From positions 898,576 through 962,575 of the forward strand of contig OX639991.1 of the NCBI GenBank assembly GCA_951828585.1: a stretch of 64,000 nucleotides of DNA, in the 5' to 3' direction. Every line of letters begins with the position of its first letter. Position 1 is the stretch's first letter. Below the pieces are notes generated by a model. That model saw only the letters and a program-made list of their open reading frames with translations, was not told the DNA's origin and ran no database searches. The stretch is from Longimicrobiales bacterium (GTDB taxonomy: Bacteria; Gemmatimonadota; Gemmatimonadetes; Longimicrobiales; Gaopeijiaceae). This document shows positions 1-8,666 of this stretch, piece by piece. A program made the position numbers and the translations under genes.

Positions 1-255
1 GCTGACAGGGTACTTTTCCCGAAGGGCCTGAAAGAGTTCCGCCGCGCGGTCGAACTCCTCGCGGTTGAGGGCGCGCCGGGCCTCCATGAACATTCGTTCT
101 TCGTCCTGCTGGTTGCGAACCTCCGTCTCCTGAGCCGCCAGGCTCTTTCCCTCCGAACCCGCCAGACCCCCCGCCGTCATCGCGACGGCATCCCACGCCA
201 CCAGCGCTCCCAGAACGAGCCCCGCGCACCCGAGATTGCGTGCATGAATTTTCAT
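1..255 (-). CDS. Partial CDS (N-terminal 85 codons), secreted protein with a TPR-like helix; continues beyond the window start
   Basis: ATG at 255 (cat at 253-255 on + strand). Reads MKIHARNLGCAGLVLGALVAWDAVAM... (signal-peptide-like), then ...EARRALNREEFDRAAELFQALREKYP. GGAGA about 10 nt upstream. Open to the window edge, so absent from the ORF track. Same strand as, and directly downstream of, the sigma/anti-sigma pair. Confidence 0.45.
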   Translation of the reverse strand, partial: MKIHARNLGCAGLVLGALVAWDAVAMTAGGLAGSEGKSLAAQETEVRNQQDEERMFMEARRALNREEFDRAAELFQALREKYPVS

Positions 256-308
256 TTTTTTGATATCTCCAAGTATATGAGTGACTTTGTTTCATATATT
301 ATTTCTTG

Positions 309-1385
309 TCACAATCCGTCCGTGGCGGTCGCCGCGCGCACCCGGGGGAGGGCGCTCTTGAGTTCCATGCTCTCCCGCGCCAGCTGCCATTCCAGGTCGG
401 GTACGCCGGAACCCAGGCGGGAGATCTGAAGCAGCAACAGTTCCAGATCCTTGAGCAGTTCCTTCTCCTCGGGAGTCCGTGATACCGGCAGATCAAGCCG
501 CATGCGCGTCTCGATGAGAAGCTCCCGGCCCCATGAGGCGAGGTCCCGCTCGGTGAGCGGCGTCCGCTGGTCGGTCCGGAATGCGGTGAGCAGCGTTTCG
601 GCACGGCCCAGGTAGCGAACGGTCTCGTGGTCCCTGCGGGCTCTCGACGGGCTGGAGAAGGCCGCCGCGCGGTTCAGGGGCGTGCCTTCGGCGAACCGCA
701 CGACCGTCCGTGCAGCCTCTTCCGCGACGACGACGCCCTCCGACTCGACATTCGCGCCCGTCAGCGGCAGAACGCCGGCCGCAACCATCTCCGGCTCCAG
801 TTCGACCGTTGCGTCTGCCCCGGGCGGCTGGTCATCGGACGCGGGCGGCATGGTCACCTCGCCGGGAACCGTTGCGACTGCGGCTCCGGTCGTACCCCCT
901 TCCGTCGTCGCAACCTCCGGCTGGACCGAAGGCACGGGACTCGGCTCACCCGGCTGTGAAGGATTCGTCCCCCTGCCCAGCCCGATGCCCAGCATCAGCG
1001 ACGCCGCCGCCGCGAGCGCCGCAACCCACCCCACCGCCCCCCGCTGCCCCAGCCAAGCCGGACGCAGGCGCGACACCGGCGCCGCCCGCCGCAACGCCCA
1101 CGCCGACTCGATCCGCGCCCACATCTCCTCGCGTGGCGCCGGGGGCGGCCGATTGTAGTCGAACGGAGCGACCGAAGGCCACCCGTCCCCTGGAAGCCCG
1201 GCACCGAGAATGCCGGCTGCGGTAGCGGGCCTGTCACCTTCGGCCGCCTGGCCACCTGCCGCCCCCAACCGCACCTCCACCCCCGCCCACATGGCGTCTC
1301 CCGGCGTCTCCGGCGGCTCATTGTAGCCTGCGGCCTCGCGCTGCAGAAACTCGGGAAAACGGTCGAAATCCCTCACGACGCCCAC
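309..1385 (-). CDS. Putative membrane-anchored anti-sigma factor / sigma-associated protein
   Basis: Overlaps the 3' end of the ECF sigma gene. GTG at 1385, or GTG at 1376 forming a GTGA overlap with the sigma stop. Single TM segment AVGWVAALAAAASLMLGIGLG, Pro/Ala-rich linker, helical C-terminal domain. No HxxxCxxC zinc motif seen. Confidence 0.55.
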   Translation of the reverse strand: MGVVRDFDRFPEFLQREAAGYNEPPETPGDAMWAGVEVRLGAAGGQAAEGDRPATAAGILGAGLPGDGWPSVAPFDYNRPPPAPREEMWARIESAWALRRAAPVSRLRPAWLGQRGAVGWVAALAAAASLMLGIGLGRGTNPSQPGEPSPVPSVQPEVATTEGGTTGAAVATVPGEVTMPPASDDQPPGADATVELEPEMVAAGVLPLTGANVESEGVVVAEEAARTVVRFAEGTPLNRAAAFSSPSRARRDHETVRYLGRAETLLTAFRTDQRTPLTERDLASWGRELLIETRMRLDLPVSRTPEEKELLKDLELLLLQISRLGSGVPDLEWQLARESMELKSALPRVRAATATDGL

Positions 1386-2065
1386 TCCTCGGCGTGAACC
1401 GCCAGCATCTCGCGCAACCGGTTGCGCGCGCGGAACAACTGTGATTTCGACGTCCCCGCCTTGATGCCCAGGATCTGCCCGATTTCCTCGTGCGTGTAGC
1501 CCTCCAGGTCGTGCAGCAGGAAGACCGTGCGGTATCCCTCCGGGAGCGCGTCGATCGCGCGGTGGAGATCGTCGCGCAGGTCGGGTTCGACTCTGGTGGC
1601 GGCGCTGGCGCCCATCAGCTGATCGTCAAGCGGGGCCTCGCGGGTACGGAAGCGCTTGATTCGCCTGAGTTCGTTCAGGGACACGGACGTCGCGATCGCC
1701 GAAATCCAGGTCCCGAACGCCGACTCGCCGCGAAAGGTGTGGATCTTGGAGAATGCGCGCACGAAGGTCTCCTGCGTGAAGTCCTGGGCGAGATCGTACC
1801 CGCCCGCGAACCGGTAGCAGAGCCGGAAGACCCGGTCGACGTGCAGGTTGTACAGCGACCGCGCGGCCCCGTGATCCCCGTCCTTCAAACGTTGTATGAG
1901 TTGCGATTCCGTCACCGAGCCGAGTCTCCGGTCTCGCGCAGAGTGTCCTGTTTCCGTTGGGTGGACACCACCAGATGGGGAATGGTTGCGCGGGGAGGGT
2001 GGCGGCGCCACCGGGGACGGCTTCGGCGTGGCGGCAACCTGGGAGACCGCGGTCGATGCGTTCAT
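1373..2065 (-). CDS. ECF (sigma-70 family, group IV) RNA polymerase sigma factor
   Basis: Region 2 motif 'DLAQDFTQETFVRAF' and region 4 HTH 'YTHEEIGQILGIKAGTSKSQLFRARNRLREML'. ATG at 2065 forms an ATGA overlap with the upstream gene's stop. A Pro-rich extension of about 50 aa precedes the conserved core; an alternative in-frame GTG lies at 1915. Confidence 0.9.
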   Translation of the reverse strand: MNASTAVSQVAATPKPSPVAPPPSPRNHSPSGGVHPTETGHSARDRRLGSVTESQLIQRLKDGDHGAARSLYNLHVDRVFRLCYRFAGGYDLAQDFTQETFVRAFSKIHTFRGESAFGTWISAIATSVSLNELRRIKRFRTREAPLDDQLMGASAATRVEPDLRDDLHRAIDALPEGYRTVFLLHDLEGYTHEEIGQILGIKAGTSKSQLFRARNRLREMLAVHAEEWAS

Positions 2066-3264
2066 CGTCGGATCCTGAGCCGGGTCACGTACGGGGCGCC
2101 GGCGTCGTCCTCGCCCGCGAAGAGGAGGTAGTCCTCGGTCGCGTAGACCGTGCCGGGGTCGATCCGGACCGATTTCGGAACCGCCATCCGGCCCACGAAA
2201 AAGCCGTCGTCCCGGAATGCGTCGATGGCCGTGCCCGCGTCGACCCGCGAGGTTTCCGGAACCACGAACACCTGGCCGGCACCATCCACGAAGATGTTCA
2301 CGATCACCGGCTTCTTCTCGGGCAAGGTTCGCAGGTAGTCCGCCATCAATGCGGGGTTGGGCCGACGTTCGAATGGGGCTCGAACTTCGTCGCGGTCGGC
2401 TTCGTCGATGTCCGCCGGCGTGACTCCGTCGAGCGTGGCGATCAGCGTGGTGTCCCCCTCCAGGGAACGTCCGTACAACCGGTACTCCCCGCTAAGCGCG
2501 AACCAGATGTCGTCGTTGCAACCCAGGACACGACGGAGTTCCGGACCGAAGTAGACCGGCCGGCGCACGCCGACAGACGGCATGTCGGCCATCTGCTGCG
2601 TGAACTCCAGGTACGGCAGCGTGTCCTGCTTCGCTCCATCGGGCAACACGCGGATGGGATGGAAGTGGAGAAGGTCGATGTCGGACATGTCGCCGCTCTT
2701 CTCCTCCTTCGGGTAGCGCGTCCACCACTCCATGTAACTGCCGTCCCGCGCAATCGTGCAACGTTCCGTGCGCGCGCCTCCGCTGCTGGCCCCCCGGCGG
2801 ACCCGCGTCCCGATGAACGTACCGTCCGGGCCGAAGATCGAATAGCGCGGTGCCCGCTGGTCCGCGACCCACAGCGTGTCACCCGCCGCGATGGCGGGCC
2901 CCAGTGCGTCGCGGAACTCCCCGGGACCGTCTCCCTGTCCACCGAGCGTCCGCAGGAACTCGCCCTCTGGGTCGAAGACATGGATCTCCTGGGTCACGTA
3001 ATCGAGGATGTAGATGTTGTCCCGCGAATCGGCGGCGACGGCGACGACCATGCCGAGGTAGCCGCCGGGCGGGCCGGAAATGCGGAGGTCTTCTTCGAAA
3101 GTCCATTCGGCGGTGGTCTTCCAGGCCGACTCGAGCGCGTTCTCGACAAGGACCTGGGCGGCGGCCTCACGCAGCATGACGCCTGTGGCCAGGAGTGTCG
3201 CCAGGGCCGTCGCCAGCGGCGGGCATCGTGTGAGTCGCGCGTGCGCCGATGTGGGGTGAGGCAT
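2062..3264 (-). CDS. Secreted 6-bladed beta-propeller (NHL/TolB-like repeat) protein
   Basis: Internal ATG at 3264 confirmed in sequence, followed by signal-like 'LATALATLLATGVML'. Repeated 'DxxGNIYILD / GxGPGEF'-type blade motifs. The longer track ORF (to 3672) has an implausible Arg/Ser-rich leader. Confidence 0.65.
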   Translation of the reverse strand: MPHPTSAHARLTRCPPLATALATLLATGVMLREAAAQVLVENALESAWKTTAEWTFEEDLRISGPPGGYLGMVVAVAADSRDNIYILDYVTQEIHVFDPEGEFLRTLGGQGDGPGEFRDALGPAIAAGDTLWVADQRAPRYSIFGPDGTFIGTRVRRGASSGGARTERCTIARDGSYMEWWTRYPKEEKSGDMSDIDLLHFHPIRVLPDGAKQDTLPYLEFTQQMADMPSVGVRRPVYFGPELRRVLGCNDDIWFALSGEYRLYGRSLEGDTTLIATLDGVTPADIDEADRDEVRAPFERRPNPALMADYLRTLPEKKPVIVNIFVDGAGQVFVVPETSRVDAGTAIDAFRDDGFFVGRMAVPKSVRIDPGTVYATEDYLLFAGEDDAGAPYVTRLRIRR

Positions 3265-3583
3265 GGTCTTCCCGGGTTTGCTTGCATCCGTCAGAGGCCG
3301 GTAGCTGCTCTGTTCTCCCCGGAGACACGACCACGGCGGGAATGGTTGCAAGAGAGACAGCGGCGTCCGGCCCTGGGAAGTCCCGACGCGTTTGGCAGAA
3401 CTCATGCCTGCCACCGATCCGGAATTGCTTGTCAACCAGGCGCTGTACGAGCATTTTTTCCTGGAGGAGAGGCGTGGTGGAACCTCTGGACTACCCGCTG
3501 AGAACCTGGTAACAGCTCTGGTCGGAGTCGTCAGGGCTCGGACGCGGGATGACCTGGTGATGCGGCTGATCCGGTTGCACGAC

Positions 3584-3655
3584 CTATTGGGCAACGACCC
3601 CCGCCTCGATGAACGCCATGAACCCAAAGAGCCCGCCCCACGAATGGAATGGCCG
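3584..3655 (-). pseudogene. Orphan duplicate of the C-terminal end of the GH gene at 5103..6923
   Basis: Minus-strand translation 'PFHSWGGLFGFMAFIEAGVVAQ*' matches '..DPFHSWGGLFGFMAFIEGGYVGAPEEGLGG*' at the 3' end of the GH gene. No upstream GH coding sequence is attached. Confidence 0.7.
3599..3652. repeat. Direct repeat copy A (54 bp, 51/54 identical to 5139..5192)
   Basis: cc ccgcctcgatgaacgccatgaacccaaagagcccgccccacgaatggaatgg versus cc ccccctcgatgaacgccatgaacccgaagagcccgccccacgaatggaacgg. Three mismatches, at 3603, 3626 and 3650. Confidence 0.9.
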
Positions 3656-3728
3656 ACAAGGCACTTCACCACTTCGGTGAAGCAGATTATCGTACCCGTA
3701 CCATGGCCAACCTCCCCGTACCCTTCTG

Positions 3729-4454
3729 ATGGCCGAACTCCACCTTCCCGACGGTCCCGCGGAACTCCTTAAAGCCATCCGCAAGCCGCTTGCCCACCAC
3801 CTTGGCGGCGAACACCACATCCGTCTCGGTGGCGGCACCGCACTCGCCGCCCGGTGGGGGCACCGACATAGCACCGACGTCGATCTCTTCGTGGATTCCG
3901 AGCCCTACGCCGAGCTATATCGGAACTCCCAGCAATTCTGCACCAATATCGAACGACACACCGGTGCCGTCGAGCAACTGGGCGTTGGCCCCGGCTATAC
4001 TCTGATCGCGCTGCGGGACGGCGAGATCACCGTTCTCACCACACCTTCCCTTACTCGCCAACCCATCTCCAGCGACACCGTCCGAGGCACACGCATCGCC
4101 GTCGAATCCACCGCCGAAATACTCGCCAAGAAGCTGGCCCACCGCATGTCGGTCTATCACATCTTCGTCCCCCGCGATCTCTACGACATCGCCGTGGCCA
4201 GGCACTTCGATCCCGAAGCTCTCGACACCGCGATCGCAACGATTCCTCCACCGAACCTCGATGACATCCGCCAGCAGCTTGGCCTCCTCAGCCCAAGCTG
4301 GGCCGACGCACACCCTCAACCCCTCCTGCAACCTACGCATCCCGACGATGCCGCCGATTCCGTTGCCATCGTCCATCGGGTGATTGGACGCCACCTCGAC
4401 GGCAGAACCCCCCGCACGCCCAACCCCGACATCCCCCCTTCCCGCGACCGCTGA
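3729..4454 (+). CDS. Pol-beta-fold nucleotidyltransferase, AbiEii/DUF1814-like (putative type IV TA toxin family)
   Basis: ATG at 3729. Motif 'RLGGGTALAARWGHRHSTDVDLFV' fits G[GS]-x9-13-DxD of Pol-beta NTases and the 'GGTAL...R.S.DiDl' signature of AbiEii. 241 aa, lower GC than the flanks. Confidence 0.6.
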   Translation: MAELHLPDGPAELLKAIRKPLAHHLGGEHHIRLGGGTALAARWGHRHSTDVDLFVDSEPYAELYRNSQQFCTNIERHTGAVEQLGVGPGYTLIALRDGEITVLTTPSLTRQPISSDTVRGTRIAVESTAEILAKKLAHRMSVYHIFVPRDLYDIAVARHFDPEALDTAIATIPPPNLDDIRQQLGLLSPSWADAHPQPLLQPTHPDDAADSVAIVHRVIGRHLDGRTPRTPNPDIPPSRDR

Positions 4455-4458
4455 TACC

Positions 4459-5076
4459 ATGCTCGACTTCGCCAAGGTCCGCGCATTCTTTTTCGATCCC
4501 CCCGCGGACGACCCCGCGGGCATTTGCTCCCGCGAAGAAATCTACGCCCGCTACGAGCGCGAGCGCTTGGAACGTTGCCTTCTTCGGGGCGGCGACCCCG
4601 AGGCCGAAGGACTCGGTCCACATGGCTCCCTCATCGGTGGAGCCGACAAGCCGCTGACTCTTTTCCACGGCTTCCCCGAGCTTCGCGCCAAACTCCGTCC
4701 CCTGCCCCTCTCATGGTTCGACAACCCACGGGGCCACACCCGAATCATCCCACCGGCCGGCCTCGAGGAGGCGCACGCATTCTTCGCCTCGCTCTCCGGC
4801 GCCTACCTCGCCGGAATGCCCAACCGGCCTTCCGGCCGCCTTCTCCGCCGCTACTTTCGGTCTGCCGAACTCACCGGCCAGCCATGGTCCCAGGTCTGGC
4901 ACGTCTTTGCCTGCATCCATTCCTTCGACCTGCACCGCCTGCTTCCGCGCAGCGCGGTTTCACTCTACGAGATTGCCCGCGTCCTCCACATCACCGACAC
5001 TCGCCGCGCCGATGTCGTCAGCTGGATCAACCAATTCGGCCATCGGCCCATTCGGTCGGAGGAGGCCGGGGAGTGA
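4459..5076 (+). CDS. Hypothetical protein with a C-terminal HTH-like segment; partner of the NTase
   Basis: ATG at 4459, 4 nt after the NTase stop (TGA 4452-4454). C-terminal 'SLYEIARVLHITDTRRADVVSWINQFG' looks like helix-turn-helix. No family recognised. Confidence 0.5.
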   Translation: MLDFAKVRAFFFDPPADDPAGICSREEIYARYERERLERCLLRGGDPEAEGLGPHGSLIGGADKPLTLFHGFPELRAKLRPLPLSWFDNPRGHTRIIPPAGLEEAHAFFASLSGAYLAGMPNRPSGRLLRRYFRSAELTGQPWSQVWHVFACIHSFDLHRLLPRSAVSLYEIARVLHITDTRRADVVSWINQFGHRPIRSEEAGE

Positions 5077-5102
5077 CGCCACCCCGGTCGCTGGTCGAAA
5101 CG

Positions 5103-6923
5103 CTATCCCCCCAACCCTTCCTCCGGCGCCCCCACATACCCCCCCTCGATGAACGCCATGAACCCGAAGAGCCCGCCCCACGAATGGAACGGGTCGCTCG
5201 ACAGGCGCTCATCGTCTCCCGCCCCGGTGATCGAGGAGTAGTTCTCGCTCACGTACCCCTTCCGGCGCCACTCGGAGAGGAACATGTCGAGGGAACGCGC
5301 TGACAACTCGGTGGCCACGTCATACGCCCCCGCCCGCCGCAGTCCCAGATACGTGAGAAAGTTGAGCGGCGGCCAGATCGCGCTTTTCCAGTAGCGTTGC
5401 TGCGGGAACGACGGATCGTCCCGCGTGGTCGAAGGCAGCACGTAGTCTCCCCAGAACTCGGCCGGGTTGAGGAGGTGGTCGCGGATCATGCGCTCGGCGC
5501 GGTCCGCATCGGGGACATCGGCCAGGAGCGGGTAGAATAGGGTCGGCGAGCGTCGGCCCGAGGGCTGGTCCAGGTCCGTCCGGTAGTTCAGATAGTAGCC
5601 GCGCTCCTCCACCCACAGGCCGTCCAGCGCTTCCGTGAACTGGCGCGCCCGCTCCATCAGCTCCCCGGCCTCGGCGCCCCGTCCCAGTACCCCGGCCAGC
5701 TCCGCCAGAGCCAGACAATCCGCGATGTACAGGCTCGTCAGCCCCACATCCTGCAGCTCGAGCGTGTTCTTTTCGGGATTGAACGGCACATCCTCGTACA
5801 TCGGCGAGTCGTCCATCCCCGACTCGTAGCCCGCGGTTCGCCTGGTGCGCACGGCCGGTTCGTTGAAGGGATTCCGCGCCTCGTGCGACCCGTAGCTGAG
5901 CAGTCCCCCGTTCATCCGCTTCCGCGGCCACCACCGATTCCACTCCAGCAGCGGATCGAAGGCGGCCTCCAGAAACCACCGCTCCGGGTATCGCCGGTAC
6001 ACCTCGCGTACCATGATCCCCCCGACCGGCGGCTGCGAACGATCCCACGACTTGCTGCCGTTGCCGCGATTGTCGTTCGGGAGGAACCCTTCGGCGGTCG
6101 CGCCCCGCAGGTGCTCGATTACGTTGGCGATCGCCAACTCGCGATTGTCGAGCGAGGTCATGTAGGCCAGGAAAAAGTTGTCCCAGCCGAAGAGCGCCAC
6201 GCCGCCGTACTCCTGGTTCCAAAGTCGCCCTACGGTGGACACCACGCGGTCGTGGCGCGGTTCGTAGATCGTGTTCCAGGCGATGCCGGAGGTGACCGCC
6301 AGGTAGGCTTCGGCGAGGTCGCCGTATCCGTCCGCACGTTCCCGCAGCGACCCCTCGGCGGCATCGAGGGCGGCGCGGATCTCGTTCAGGTCACGCGGCA
6401 TCCCCGTCGACAAGCCCACCGGCCCGTCCAGACGCACGACCCGGTGCGCGAGCAGGGTCTCCGTGTAGGGATCCTGCTCTGCGGTGCCCACCACGTGAAT
6501 GGGATGCGTCGCCAAAGCGTGCCGCGCGACGAAACCGTCGTCGGACGACCTCACCGACCCCTCCCGGTTCCAGGCGAAACCAGCGCTCACAACCAGTTCG
6601 TAGTGGGCCGGTTTGTCCGCCACTTCAGGGTCATAGTGGCCGACAACGTCCGCGGGGGCCGGTTTGTCGGCCACTAAGGGGCCATTGTGGCCGACAACGG
6701 TCGGTTCGGCGGGTTTGTCCGCCACTTCCGGGCCATTGTGGCCGACAACAGCCGCGGGAGTCGAGTCGTGGGGCGTAACCAGAACCACCAACTCATCCCC
6801 CGCATGACCCGCCTCAACCGTCGCCGAGAGCCCCTGCCACTCGACGTCGAGCCGCATGTACGAACCGTCCAGGGCGTGGACACCGGGGCGGATCGCCGGC
6901 GGGATGGAAGCTGTCGCCAGCAT
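5103..6923 (-). CDS. (alpha/alpha)6-barrel glycoside hydrolase, GH63 / MGH1-like (glucosidase or mannosylglycerate-hydrolase-like)
   Basis: ATG at 6923. Motifs 'FGWDNFFLAYM', 'GFLPNDNRGNG..WDRSQPPVG', 'GYESGMDDSPMYED', 'YWKSAIWPPLNF' are typical of clan GH-G enzymes. The exact family is not certain. Confidence 0.7.
   Translation of the reverse strand: MLATASIPPAIRPGVHALDGSYMRLDVEWQGLSATVEAGHAGDELVVLVTPHDSTPAAVVGHNGPEVADKPAEPTVVGHNGPLVADKPAPADVVGHYDPEVADKPAHYELVVSAGFAWNREGSVRSSDDGFVARHALATHPIHVVGTAEQDPYTETLLAHRVVRLDGPVGLSTGMPRDLNEIRAALDAAEGSLRERADGYGDLAEAYLAVTSGIAWNTIYEPRHDRVVSTVGRLWNQEYGGVALFGWDNFFLAYMTSLDNRELAIANVIEHLRGATAEGFLPNDNRGNGSKSWDRSQPPVGGIMVREVYRRYPERWFLEAAFDPLLEWNRWWPRKRMNGGLLSYGSHEARNPFNEPAVRTRRTAGYESGMDDSPMYEDVPFNPEKNTLELQDVGLTSLYIADCLALAELAGVLGRGAEAGELMERARQFTEALDGLWVEERGYYLNYRTDLDQPSGRRSPTLFYPLLADVPDADRAERMIRDHLLNPAEFWGDYVLPSTTRDDPSFPQQRYWKSAIWPPLNFLTYLGLRRAGAYDVATELSARSLDMFLSEWRRKGYVSENYSSITGAGDDERLSSDPFHSWGGLFGFMAFIEGGYVGAPEEGLGG
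5139..5192. repeat. Direct repeat copy B (inside the 3' end of the GH gene)
   Basis: See copy A. The two copies are 1540 bp apart. Confidence 0.9.
6597..6749 (-). repeat. In-frame 3 x 51-bp tandem repeat within the GH gene N-terminal region
   Basis: Units 6699-6749, 6648-6698 and 6597-6647 encode VVGHNGPEVADKPAEPT / VVGHNGPLVADKPAPAD / VVGHYDPEVADKPAHYE. Confidence 0.9.
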
Positions 6924-7021
6924 TCAAGATTGGCGGGGCCAGAGAGCCGTTGGCAACACTCCGTGGCGCGGCCTATCCTTCAAGTCCTCCCGCGGCTCCC
7001 TCCCTCAACCGGGTTCCCCGA

Positions 7022-8551
7022 ATGTCCTTCCAACCCCTCGATATCGCGGCGTTCGTCGGCTTCCTCGCCCTGGTCGTCGGCATCTCGCTGTACGCGTCGC
7101 GCGGCAAGCACGACGCCGCCGACTACTTCCTGGCCGGCCGCAACCTGCCCTGGTGGCTGATCGGCTTCTCGCTGATCGCGTCCAACATCTCGACCGAGCA
7201 CTTCGTGGGGATGGCGGGCCGGGGATACGACCTGGGCCTCGCGATCGCAAGCTACGAATGGATGGCAGCGGTCACCCTCGTTCTGGTGGGACTCTTCTTC
7301 CTCCCGAGGTTCCTGCAGGCCGGCATCTACACGATCCCCGAGTACCTCGAGTTCCGCTACGACGTGCGGACCCGCACACTCATGGCCGCGTTCATCATGG
7401 CGGCGTATGTCTTCGTGGCGCTCGCAACCGTGCTCTACTCCGGGGCGCTCGCGCTGGAATCGATCTTCGGAATCGACCTGAACCTGGGCATCTGGCTGAT
7501 CGGAATTCTGGCCGGGGGGTACACGATCTACGGGGGGCTGAAGGCGGTGGTGTGGTCCGACCTGATCCAGGGTGTGGCCCTGCTGCTGGGCGGGGTGGTG
7601 GTGACGGTGCTGGGCTTCAAGGCGATCGGCGGTATCGAGCCTTTCCTCGAGGTCGCCGACGGCAAGCTGCACACCGTGCTTCCCTGGAATCATCCGGAGA
7701 TGCCGTGGCTGGCGGTGTTCGTGGGCGGTCTGTGGATCCCGAACCTCTTCTACTGGGGACTGAACCAGTTCATCACGCAGAGGACGCTCGCGGCGCGGAG
7801 CCTGGCCGACGGGCAGCGGGGGATCTTCCTCGCGGGTTTCATCAAGCTGGCGATTCCGTTCATCATCGTCTTCCCGGGGATCATGGCGGCCGAACTCTTC
7901 GCCGATCAGGTGACCAATCCCGATCAGGCCTATCCGGTCATGATGCGGGAACTGCTCCCCGCGGGGCTGACCGGCGCGATGTTCGCGGCGCTCTTCGGCG
8001 CGGTGATGAGCTCGCTCGACTCGATGCTCAACTCGGCCGCGACGATCTTCAGCGTGGACCTGTACAAGCGGCATATGCGGCCGGAGGCGTCGTCGCCCAG
8101 GCTCATGGTGGTGGGGCGCTGGACGACCGCGGTGCTCGTGCTGGTCGGATGTCTGTGGGCACCGCTGGTGGCGAAGGCGGGCAGCGTATTCGACTACATC
8201 CAGATATTCTGGGGGTTCATCTCGCCGGGAATCGTGGCGGCGTTCTTGTTCGGGCTGTTCGTGCCGCGGACGCCGCCGGTCGCCGCCTTCGGGGGGATGA
8301 TTCTGGGGATTCCGGTGTACGGGCTGCTGTTGTGGCTGCTGCCCGAGGTCGCGTTCCTGCATCACATGGCGATCACGTTCCTGGTGATCTCGGCGTACAT
8401 GGCCACCCTAACGTTACGTCAGGGTTTGGATGAGCCGAGGAGGCTGCCGCGGTCGGCGGCGCATGTGGATCTGACGCCGGCGCCGGGGGCGAAGTGGTGG
8501 GCGAGTGGGGTGATCGGGGGGGCGGCGGTGTTGTATGTGATCTTCTGGTAG
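7022..8551 (+). CDS. Sodium:solute symporter family (SSF/SGLT-like) sugar transporter
   Basis: ATG at 7022. 'ADYFLAGRNLPWWLIGFSLIASNISTEHFVGMAG' is the canonical SSF N-terminal signature. Multi-TM throughout. Divergent from the GH gene. Confidence 0.9.
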   Translation: MSFQPLDIAAFVGFLALVVGISLYASRGKHDAADYFLAGRNLPWWLIGFSLIASNISTEHFVGMAGRGYDLGLAIASYEWMAAVTLVLVGLFFLPRFLQAGIYTIPEYLEFRYDVRTRTLMAAFIMAAYVFVALATVLYSGALALESIFGIDLNLGIWLIGILAGGYTIYGGLKAVVWSDLIQGVALLLGGVVVTVLGFKAIGGIEPFLEVADGKLHTVLPWNHPEMPWLAVFVGGLWIPNLFYWGLNQFITQRTLAARSLADGQRGIFLAGFIKLAIPFIIVFPGIMAAELFADQVTNPDQAYPVMMRELLPAGLTGAMFAALFGAVMSSLDSMLNSAATIFSVDLYKRHMRPEASSPRLMVVGRWTTAVLVLVGCLWAPLVAKAGSVFDYIQIFWGFISPGIVAAFLFGLFVPRTPPVAAFGGMILGIPVYGLLLWLLPEVAFLHHMAITFLVISAYMATLTLRQGLDEPRRLPRSAAHVDLTPAPGAKWWASGVIGGAAVLYVIFW

Positions 8552-8666
8552 GGGGGGCGTGGGGACGGAAGACGGGTGCAACCTCCCGGGGCCGTGTGTC
8601 GTCTGATTGCCTACCGCTGGCGCACCCAGCGATCGAGAATCCCACTTGCGGCAAGAGAAGACACCC

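Noticed and set aside
3392-3772. 126-aa + strand ORF upstream of the NTase gene; could be an AbiEi-like antitoxin
   Set aside because: Its second half runs antisense through direct-repeat copy A and reads as low-complexity Pro/Arg/Ser sequence. The same antisense frame also appears at copy B inside a spurious ORF. Only the first 70 or so codons could be coding, and no HTH or known motif is visible. It remains a possible gene fragment but is not reported as a feature.
6597-6749. Regularly spaced repeats, considered as a possible CRISPR array
   Set aside because: The repeats are contiguous 51-bp units with no spacers, in frame within a coding gene. No CRISPR-like repeat-spacer architecture is seen anywhere in the window.
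6980-8365. Long antisense ORFs opposite confirmed genes, e.g. 6980..8365(-), 15535..17280(-), 41378..43438(+), 50495..52534(-), 52065..54005(-), 25793..26815(+), 58061..59664 frames
   Set aside because: These are typical shadow ORFs of high-GC DNA. Their translations are Arg/Gly/Pro/His-rich with no motifs, and each lies fully within a gene that has strong family signatures on the other strand.
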